DNA of 32,544 nucleotides from an uncultured Bacteroides sp. (GTDB lineage Bacteria > Bacteroidota > Bacteroidia > Bacteroidales > Muribaculaceae): assembly GCA_964560625.1 (NCBI GenBank), contig CAZLMV010000001.1, positions 3,601 through 36,144 of the forward strand, read 5' to 3'. A program made the translations under genes and the position numbers. Shown piece by piece: positions 24,942 through 30,763 of this stretch (the first letter of the stretch is position 1; the number at the start of each line of letters is the position of its first letter). Below the pieces are notes generated by a model. The model saw nothing but the letters and a program-made list of their open reading frames with translations, was not told the DNA's origin and made no database searches.

Positions 24942-25898
24942 TTAGCGAATGATTTTCAGGAGTTCAGAGCCTGATTTGATGAGGTAAACACCGGCGGCTG
25001 CTCCGGAGAGGTCGAGGCGACCGGATTCGGCGGAGGCAACGAGGCGACCGGCGCAATCATAGGCGGCAAGAAAGCCGTCGGCAGTGGCTACGCATGAGGC
25101 GGCGTCATATTTCAGCGACGAGGTTTTGGCGGCTGAAATGGATGCTGCGGGGGCGGTTTCTGCTGTGAGTTTGTCCATGGCGAAGTAGCAGGGGGTGTTG
25201 ATGCCCCATTCGCCGGTGTCGGTACTGTTCATGGTGAAATAGAGCTGATTGACGGCACCTAAGGAGCTGAGGTCCACGTACTTCCAGCCGCGATTGATGG
25301 TCAGGTCGGCGTCGGCATATGAGGCCAAGGTCACTTCCACGGTCTTTTCATTTTCGGCGGCGTCGACGCCATGGATAATGAGCGTCAGGCGGTCACCGTT
25401 GGTGAATTCGCGGCAGAAGTCATCGCCCTGTTCCACGGTGTAATACGTATAACTCGTCAGGTTGAAATATGCGCCTTTGACCTCGTGGGGCAGTCCGTCA
25501 GTAAAGGTCAGGGAGCATGCTTTTTCGCCATAATAGGGACCGTAAAAGCCTACCAAATAGGGCATTGCGGGGCTGATTTCGGCGGGGAGAACTAATCCGC
25601 CGGCGGCCATGTTGGAGAACTGGAATTTCACCGGGTTTTCGCGCATGGAGTTGTCAGCCGAGTTGGAGGCCGTGAAGCCGTTCCAGCTCATCCATTCGCT
25701 GTTGGCGGCATGGCTCATGCGGAAAATTTGCGACTCAATGACCGTGGCGGCGTCATTGTAGGTCTCGGTCCAGGCGCCTGTCTCGGGGCTGAATTCAAGG
25801 GGAGTGGTCGACTTTGAAAGGTCAAGTACGGTGACGTCGGCGGCAGCCGTGGCCGTCAGTGCGCAAGCAATGAGTGATGAAAAAATCAGTCGGTTCAT
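24942..25898 (-). CDS. DUF4465/BtuH-like secreted protein carrying a T9SS C-terminal sorting domain
   Basis: It has a signal peptide and a W.GF..SN..D-type block (MSWNGFTASNSADNS). The C-terminal ~70 aa match the Por-secretion tail pattern (...YDCAGRLVASAESGRLDLSGAAAGVYLIKSGSELLKIIR). It is the first gene after the riboswitch. Confidence 0.55.
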   Translation of the reverse strand: MNRLIFSSLIACALTATAAADVTVLDLSKSTTPLEFSPETGAWTETYNDAATVIESQIFRMSHAANSEWMSWNGFTASNSADNSMRENPVKFQFSNMAAGGLVLPAEISPAMPYLVGFYGPYYGEKACSLTFTDGLPHEVKGAYFNLTSYTYYTVEQGDDFCREFTNGDRLTLIIHGVDAAENEKTVEVTLASYADADLTINRGWKYVDLSSLGAVNQLYFTMNSTDTGEWGINTPCYFAMDKLTAETAPAASISAAKTSSLKYDAASCVATADGFLAAYDCAGRLVASAESGRLDLSGAAAGVYLIKSGSELLKIIR

Positions 25899-26014
25899 GT
25901 TGGTTTATTGTTGATGGTTTATTGATATTTTAGACCATACGGGAGAATAAACCCAACTCTGAAGCCGAATCGTTGATGCCCATAATCCCGCAGGCATTAC
26001 ACATTATATATTAT

Positions 26015-26178
26015 AAGGGGGCAGCAGGTTTTCTGACTCGTCCCGGGCGAGGCCAACTCCTTCTCAAGGACGCGCATGGGTCCTCAATGGCTAATGTTGA
26101 CCGCCCAAACATGGGGGACTTACAGCAGCGGGTACTGTTCCGGATTCACACCGGATTCCCTACACTGCACCTTATTTT
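26015..26178 (-). promoter_or_regulatory. Cobalamin (B12) riboswitch
   Basis: The minus strand reads AGGGAATCCGGTGTGAATCCGGAACAGTACCCGCTGCTGTA (complement of 26121-26161), then GCCATTGAGG...CCTTGAGAAGG. The B12 box AGTCAGAAAACCTGCTGCCC is the complement of 26019-26038. It lies directly downstream of a -7 box and upstream of the btu operon. Confidence 0.88.
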
Positions 26179-26183
26179 CACCG

Positions 26184-26191
26184 CAAAGTTA
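26184..26191 (-). promoter_or_regulatory. -7 promoter box TAACTTTG driving the riboswitch and B12 operon
   Basis: The minus strand reads TAACTTTG, just 5' of the riboswitch aptamer. Confidence 0.55.
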
Positions 26192-26210
26192 ATACAATCC
26201 GCGGGGATTA

Positions 26211-26234
26211 CCAAATTTTTCTTCAAAAATTTGG
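26211..26234. terminator. Perfect palindromic hairpin CCAAATTTTT-cttc-AAAAATTTGG (possible terminator or insulator)
   Basis: It has 10-bp arms (26211-26220 and 26225-26234) and lies between the VKOR gene's 3' end and the btu promoter. The stem is AT-rich, so its strength as an intrinsic terminator is doubtful. Confidence 0.3.
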
Positions 26235-26313
26235 TGTTTAAAGGTTGGAGTGAGTTCCGCCGAAGTGGATGCGGTTCATTTCCATGGGGGTGAGGCGCGT
26301 GGAGGTTTTGAGG

Positions 26314-27285
26314 TTAGGCTTGGGGATTTTCTTCATGGGAGGGGATGGTTTTGATGAGTTTCACGATGAGATGCAGACTGAGCACGGCCACTACGTAGAC
26401 GCCCATGAGGACGATTAGGTCAAAGTGGAGCGGCAGAATCTTGGCGGTGAATCCAGCGGCAAGATAGCAGCCGAAGAGCGCCCAAAGCGTGGCCTGGACC
26501 CCGACGCAGAGCGTGCACCAATGGCGAGCTACGAACTTCTGATAACTTATTGACCAGATGGTGTAAGGCAGGCAGAGGATGTTACAAAGCGCCAATGCCG
26601 GCCATAAATGGGGGAAAATCAATAACGTAGCTAACGATACGCCGAAATATCCGAAGCCCACTTCGCTCCAGGAGAACACGCCGAAAAGCTTTGATGCACC
26701 GGAGGTGGTGATGACGTCGCAGCCGCCTTTGTCGAGGATGCCGCAAACGCGCTCAGACGTTGACGTGTGTATTCCTAAGCTCTTCTGCATCAGCATGTAA
26801 GAGAGCCAGAGTCCGAAGAGATTGAGCAGGACGGCCAACGTTGTCCAAACGCTATGGCCGAGTCCTCGGGTGATGAAGAAATAGCCAAAAATGGCCACTG
26901 CGATGACCGCGAGGGCGTAAACTGACAGATTTTCAATCGTTTCGCTCAATTTGTGTGCCCGATAGTCGGGTTCGGCCGATTTCTCGTCGGGAAAGGCCAA
27001 AAGGACGATTCCGTTGAGGTCGTCAGCCTCTTTGACCGGACTCTCCACGACCACGAACACCCCGTTCTTTTTCTGGGCAAGAAAGGGCGGGGTGAGGGCG
27101 GCATAGTCAGCCGGGTCAGTGATTTTCCAACCCTCGGACTCAATTCCATAGTCTTTAAGCAGATGGGTGAGCCCGAATAGCGACTGGAAAGTCATTGACC
27201 GGAACTGTGCGTCAGAGTATTGGCGCGTGTGAGGCACCTCCAACGCCGTCAGAAAATCGGAAAAAACTGTTGATTCTCCTTTCAT
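26314..27285 (-). CDS. Vitamin K epoxide reductase (VKOR)-family membrane protein with N-terminal degenerate peptidase-C39-like domain
   Basis: It has the VKOR loop cysteine pair CGILDKGGC and the active-site CxxC (CTLC) within about 5-6 TM helices. The N-terminal ~110 aa resemble a C39 double-glycine peptidase domain but lack its catalytic Cys. The ATG at 27285 overlaps the thioredoxin stop (ATGA). Confidence 0.78.
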   Translation of the reverse strand: MKGESTVFSDFLTALEVPHTRQYSDAQFRSMTFQSLFGLTHLLKDYGIESEGWKITDPADYAALTPPFLAQKKNGVFVVVESPVKEADDLNGIVLLAFPDEKSAEPDYRAHKLSETIENLSVYALAVIAVAIFGYFFITRGLGHSVWTTLAVLLNLFGLWLSYMLMQKSLGIHTSTSERVCGILDKGGCDVITTSGASKLFGVFSWSEVGFGYFGVSLATLLIFPHLWPALALCNILCLPYTIWSISYQKFVARHWCTLCVGVQATLWALFGCYLAAGFTAKILPLHFDLIVLMGVYVVAVLSLHLIVKLIKTIPSHEENPQA

Positions 27286-27578
27286 CAGATATAGCTGTCG
27301 ACTTTGTTGAGGAGGCAATTGCCGTCAATCTCGCCGCTGTGGCGCCAGACTTCGCTGCCTCCTTTGTAGATGATAAACGTGGGCACTCCGCTGACCTCTT
27401 CGGCATCGGCGGCCTCTTGATTTTGGTCAATATCGAGCTGGATGACCGTTGCGCGGCCGTCGAGCAGTTCTTTTATTTGGTCGACAATCGGGGCCATTTT
27501 TTTGCAGTGAGGGCACCACGTTGCGTAAAATTCTACCATTACTACGTTAGTCTGTCTGATTGCTTCGTCGTAAGTCAT
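27285..27578 (-). CDS. Thioredoxin (WCPHC active site), no signal peptide
   Basis: VEFYATWCPHCKKMAPIVD is the classical thioredoxin motif in a 97-aa protein. Confidence 0.9.
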   Translation of the reverse strand: MTYDEAIRQTNVVMVEFYATWCPHCKKMAPIVDQIKELLDGRATVIQLDIDQNQEAADAEEVSGVPTFIIYKGGSEVWRHSGEIDGNCLLNKVDSYI

Positions 27579-27690
27579 GATTCTATGTGTGTTTTTGATA
27601 GTTTGACATTAATTCAAAATCTAAACGCCTCCCGCCTCCTAAAAGTTTTGATGACCGAACCAAAATAACCCTCTGAGGCGTTATAAATGC

Positions 27691-28533
27691 ATGGAAACAC
27701 TTTATACATTAAATAACGGAATTACTATTCCCTCCATAGGATTCGGGACCTACAAACTTCCCGACGATGAGAAGACCACGGAGATCGTTCGGCAGGCCGT
27801 TGCCGACGGTTATCGCAACATCGATTGCGCGTCATATTACGGCAACCAGAGCGCCATTGGCCGCGGAATAGCCTCTTGCGGGGTTGATCGCCCGGAGCTT
27901 TTCGTCAGCAGCAAGGTCTGGAACACTGACCGCGGATATGACTCCACACTTCGCGCATTTGAACTTACCCTCAAAGAGTTAGGGTTGGATTATCTTGACC
28001 TCTACCTTATCCATTGGCCGGCATCACCTGCGCAGACCGACCGCTGGGAGCAGATAAATCGCGAGACCTGGCGAGCCATGGAGCGCTTGGTCGACGAACA
28101 CGCCGTGCGCGCCATCGGTGTCTGCAACTTTCTTCCGCGCCACATTGAATCGCTCCTCGCCAGGGCCAACATCCTCCCGGTAATCAACCAGATAGAGTAT
28201 CACCCCGGGGAGATGCAGGCGGAGACCGTAGACTTTTGCCGCAGCCATCAAATCCTCATCGAGGCCTGGTCGCCACTTGGCCGCGGACGAATGTTTGACA
28301 ACCCCGTGCTCCAATCCATCGCCACTAACCATGACCGCACCGTCGCCCAGATAATTCTCCGCTGGGAACTCCAACACGGCGTGCTCCCCATCCCCAAATC
28401 GGCCACCCCGGCGCGCATCGCCCAAAACTTCGCCGTCTACGACTTCACCCTCACTCCAGCCGAAATGACCGCCATCGACGCCCTCAACGGCCAAGACCCC
28501 GCCTCCCTCTCCCCCGACACCATCAATTTCTGA
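27691..28533 (+). CDS. Aldo/keto reductase (2,5-diketo-D-gluconate reductase-like)
   Basis: The AKR catalytic tetrad context is present (D..Y in DCASYYGN, K in SSKVWN, H in LIHWP) along with the C-terminal IPKS motif. The product is 280 aa. Confidence 0.9.
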   Translation: METLYTLNNGITIPSIGFGTYKLPDDEKTTEIVRQAVADGYRNIDCASYYGNQSAIGRGIASCGVDRPELFVSSKVWNTDRGYDSTLRAFELTLKELGLDYLDLYLIHWPASPAQTDRWEQINRETWRAMERLVDEHAVRAIGVCNFLPRHIESLLARANILPVINQIEYHPGEMQAETVDFCRSHQILIEAWSPLGRGRMFDNPVLQSIATNHDRTVAQIILRWELQHGVLPIPKSATPARIAQNFAVYDFTLTPAEMTAIDALNGQDPASLSPDTINF

Positions 28534-28549
28534 TCCCCCCCAAAAAAGA

Positions 28550-28584
28550 TTGGAGCAATTGGAGCAATTTGAGCAATTGGGAGG
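28550..28584. repeat. Tandem 9-mer TTGGAGCAA x3 plus a partial copy
   Basis: Copies lie at 28550-28558, 28559-28567 and 28568-28576 (one mismatch), with a partial copy at 28577-28584. They follow the AKR stop immediately. Confidence 0.8.
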
Positions 28585-28631
28585 GGCTGGGATTTGGGCT
28601 GCGGTAAGTGGTTAGGAGAGTCGCGGATAAT

Positions 28632-28658
28632 TCTTATAAGTCTTATAAGTCTTATAAA
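28632..28658. repeat. Tandem 9-mer TCTTATAAG x3 (unit contains the palindrome CTTATAAG)
   Basis: Copies lie at 28632-28640, 28641-28649 and 28650-28658 (last base differs). Confidence 0.8.
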
Positions 28659-28749
28659 AGTTAGGATTGGTCGCGCCGGTAGCGCGAGTGAGGTGGGGTG
28701 TCTCGCAGCCCGGCTTTTTGTCGCGCGGTTAAAAATGAAAAAAAATTCG

Positions 28750-28757
28750 TAACTTTG
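28750..28757 (+). promoter_or_regulatory. -7 promoter box TAACTTTG for the XRE regulator
   Basis: The TAnnTTTG match lies 27 nt upstream of the ATG at 28784. Confidence 0.55.
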
Positions 28758-28783
28758 CAGAACTTTAATTTTTTTTATTGGGT

Positions 28784-29092
28784 ATGAAAGAATTACTGAA
28801 TAGATTATCGGCTCATAAGTCTGCTTCACAGTCACGTTGGAGAGAAAAGGCTTTGGAGCGTCGGGAAAATAAGGAATGGCTTCGTTATTCTCAAACGATA
28901 GCCATGATGATGCTTGACCGAATGGAAGCGTTAGGGCTTACGCAGAAGGCCGTGGCTGAACGGATGGGCTGTTCGCAGCAATACATCTCGCGCGTGCTAA
29001 AAGGCACAGAGAATCTCAGCATAGAAACCATCGCCAAGATAGAGTCGGCGCTGGACCTTCAGATTCTCGAACCGGCCTTTGTGCAACGCTAA
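28784..29092 (+). CDS. XRE-family helix-turn-helix transcriptional regulator
   Basis: The HTH_3 core is LTQKAVAERMGCSQQYISRVLKGTENLSIETIAKIESAL. The ATG at 28784 is preferred over the TTG at 28778. Confidence 0.75.
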   Translation: MKELLNRLSAHKSASQSRWREKALERRENKEWLRYSQTIAMMMLDRMEALGLTQKAVAERMGCSQQYISRVLKGTENLSIETIAKIESALDLQILEPAFVQR

Positions 29093-29260
29093 TCGCACTC
29101 AACAAAAGGCCCTTGGATTGTCTTCAATAACCTAAAAAAGGGATGTTCGCGCTGCCTGAAGTAATACGCCGAAAAGAATCACAAAATAAAAGAACATACA
29201 TCTGTTCATAAGATAGGCATATAATTTCTACGTACGATAATAACATCCAGATAGTTATTC

Positions 29261-29590
29261 TTAACGACGTCCATCGTAGTAACCATCCTCGTAGCCCTTT
29301 TTATAGGCTTCATCCCTTACATCTTCATATGGGTCATAATATGATTCTTGAGATTTTCGTTCTTCCTCCATTCTCTTCTCATCCTCTAAAGAATGCGGAG
29401 CATCGAAATTATCTCGATGCCATGTCGTGCCCTTAGTATCAGTATAAGAACCAATAGGCTGATGAGTAACTGGTGCAACCTGCTCTTGTTCCTTTTTATC
29501 CTTATTAGAATCAGAGCAAGAACTGAGAAATGCCAAACCTATTACAAGACTCAGCATCACTTTATGATTAATAAAATTACACATAAACAT
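29261..29590 (-). CDS. Small hypothetical lipoprotein with acidic Tyr/Glu/Asp-rich C-terminus
   Basis: It has a lipobox (LAFLSSC). The start is set at ATG 29590 because a -7 box (29606-29613) lies inside the longer track ORF. Confidence 0.45.
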   Translation of the reverse strand: MFMCNFINHKVMLSLVIGLAFLSSCSDSNKDKKEQEQVAPVTHQPIGSYTDTKGTTWHRDNFDAPHSLEDEKRMEEERKSQESYYDPYEDVRDEAYKKGYEDGYYDGRR

Positions 29591-29605
29591 ATATATTAGT
29601 TTTTT

Positions 29606-29613
29606 GCAAAGGT
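29606..29613 (-). promoter_or_regulatory. -7 promoter box TACCTTTG for the small lipoprotein gene
   Basis: The minus strand reads TACCTTTG, 16 nt upstream of ATG 29590. Confidence 0.45.
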
Positions 29614-29641
29614 AAGACATTTTTTTTAAAGGACAAAATTT

Positions 29642-29704
29642 TTGCATTCAATTGCCTCGATTGCATTCAATTGTGTCAATTGCATTCAATTGCGTCAATT
29701 GATG
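29642..29704. repeat. Three tandem 19-bp repeats TTGCATTCAATTG(C/T)(C/G)TC(G/A)A plus a partial fourth (iteron-like)
   Basis: Copies lie at 29642-29660, 29661-29679 and 29680-29698, with a partial copy at 29699-29704. They sit 30-100 nt upstream (minus sense) of the 29606-29613 promoter box. Confidence 0.8.
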
Positions 29705-29883
29705 GGAATAATTAGCCAATGCGGAAGCGGCCGCCATTTGTGGAGGTGGGTTTCATGACCCCGCAGCAAGCCACGGGGTTACCAATTGCCTTAGCCGCCC
29801 TCCGACAGCTGGTTTTGTCGCGCGTTGGGTACCCGTGGGCGTGTGACCTATCCAGTTAATTTGTTATTATTAAGGGAACGGCA

Positions 29884-30198
29884 TTAGGCGAGGGCTCTCT
29901 CATAGATGAGGATTTTGTCGTGGTCGACGGTTTTGCGGGCGAAGTCTTTGAGGCCGTTGTTATCGACGAGGTCAACGGGGCGGCCTAAGAGGTCGGTTAG
30001 GTCCATGAGGTATCCGCCCATTTTGAAAAGGGAGACTAAGCCTTTGGAGTGATCGTAATCAACCAAAATGTCTATGTCGCTTTCAGGACCTTCTTCGCCG
30101 CGGGAGCAAGAGCCGAAGAGCCAGGCGCGAATGACCGGCTTGTCCTCAAAATAACCCTTTATGGTGGGCAAAAGGTCAGATATGCTTTTATTAATCAT
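29884..30198 (-). CDS. Minimal nucleotidyltransferase (MNT; HEPN/MNT type VII antitoxin-like), no HEPN partner
   Basis: The motif GSCSRGEEGPESDIDILV (GSxxRGx...DxD) is present in a 104-aa protein, the typical MNT size. Confidence 0.85.
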   Translation of the reverse strand: MINKSISDLLPTIKGYFEDKPVIRAWLFGSCSRGEEGPESDIDILVDYDHSKGLVSLFKMGGYLMDLTDLLGRPVDLVDNNGLKDFARKTVDHDKILIYERALA

Positions 30199-30220
30199 AA
30201 TTTGAACGCTTTTTATATTG

Positions 30221-30228
30221 CAAAATTA
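30221..30228 (-). promoter_or_regulatory. -7 promoter box TAATTTTG for the MNT gene
   Basis: The minus strand reads TAATTTTG, 23 nt upstream of ATG 30198. Confidence 0.5.
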
Positions 30229-30503
30229 CAAAATATTCTCCTTTTTCGCAATTTATTTATTAATTTGCTTGATGGGGAGTGTTCTAAGTCTGATTGTTGT
30301 ATTTGTATGTTTTACAATTAACGGAGTTTTCATATCGTGCATGTATTACGTATTTTGCAAATTATCTAAAGGACGTTTAACATATTTTAATACATTGTGT
30401 AATTGGCTGTTTAATAGTGTTTTGTGTATATCAACTTGGGATGTAAATGTTTCTGTTATTGATTGTTTCTATAAATAATGAATACAATGTTGAGAAATTT
30501 TTT

Positions 30504-30511
30504 TAACTTTG
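30504..30511 (+). promoter_or_regulatory. -7 promoter box TAACTTTG preceding a ~245-nt structured leader
   Basis: The context gagaaatttttttaactttgc is nearly identical to the promoter context at 32489-32512. Confidence 0.5.
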
Positions 30512-30586
30512 CACTTGGAATAGTTTATACTGTTCCAAGACATATTGTAAAATAAGGAGCGTATTGCTTATTCTTGTGTTAGAAAA

Positions 30587-30680
30587 CGTAGGAAATTTTC
30601 GAAGATGCAAGGAAGCAAGCGGTTCTCACGCCATAGGCGTGGGCTGCTGATTCCACATCTTCATCTTCTGGTTTCCTACG
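30587..30680 (+). ncRNA. Candidate structured RNA element: 94-nt extended hairpin in the leader of the 562-aa ORF
   Basis: Three nested helices are visible: CGTAGGAAA (30587-30595) with TTTCCTACG (30672-30680), GAAGATG (30601-30607) with CATCTTC (30662-30668), and CACGCC (30627-30632) with GGCGTG (30636-30641). The segment is a GC-rich patch in AT-rich surroundings. Confidence 0.3.
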
Positions 30681-30763
30681 ACCATCTAACAGAGGTGTGG
30701 TGATTCAGTCCACGTTCTTTTTATGTTTAATTCTCACGGGGCTGAGTGAGAACCAATATACCT

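Noticed and set aside
25973-26293. A 106-aa plus-strand ORF in the btu-VKOR intergenic region.
   Set aside because: It starts at TTG and runs antisense across the cobalamin riboswitch, promoter box and palindrome. The riboswitch explains the conservation-like structure.
28437-28835. A 132-aa minus-strand ORF covering the tandem 9-mers.
   Set aside because: Its 'protein' consists of translated repeats (LIRLIRLIRIIR, IAQIAPIAPI). It overlaps the AKR 3' end and the XRE promoter and start.
28550-29704. Whether the tandem repeats at 28550-28584, 28632-28658 and 29642-29704 could be CRISPR arrays.
   Set aside because: The units are only 9 or 19 bp and directly abut one another with no spacers. 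No cas genes are present.
28716-29824. An exact 12-nt direct repeat ttttgtcgcgcg (28716-28727 and 29813-29824) flanking the XRE/lipoprotein module, considered as possible att-like target duplication.
   Set aside because: A back-of-envelope estimate gives tens of chance 12-mer matches in a 32.5-kb window (N^2/2 divided by 4^12). The match alone is therefore not significant, and no recombinase is nearby. It is worth re-examining only if comparative genomics shows the module is an indel.
29700-29883. Whether the GC-rich non-coding patch is a tRNA, tmRNA or other known small RNA gene that could serve as an integration site.
   Set aside because: I found no cloverleaf, no T-loop consensus (GTTCRANYC) and no tmRNA 5' GGGGCTGA...acceptor pairing, only a short 5-bp hairpin. 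It is kept as context under the orphan-MNT finding rather than as an RNA gene call.
30693-30725. An intrinsic terminator call for the hairpin plus T-run inside the leader.
   Set aside because: The stem is only 4 Watson-Crick pairs (GTGG/CCAC) plus wobbles, which is too weak to annotate as a terminator on its own. It is mentioned only as part of the leader-structure finding.
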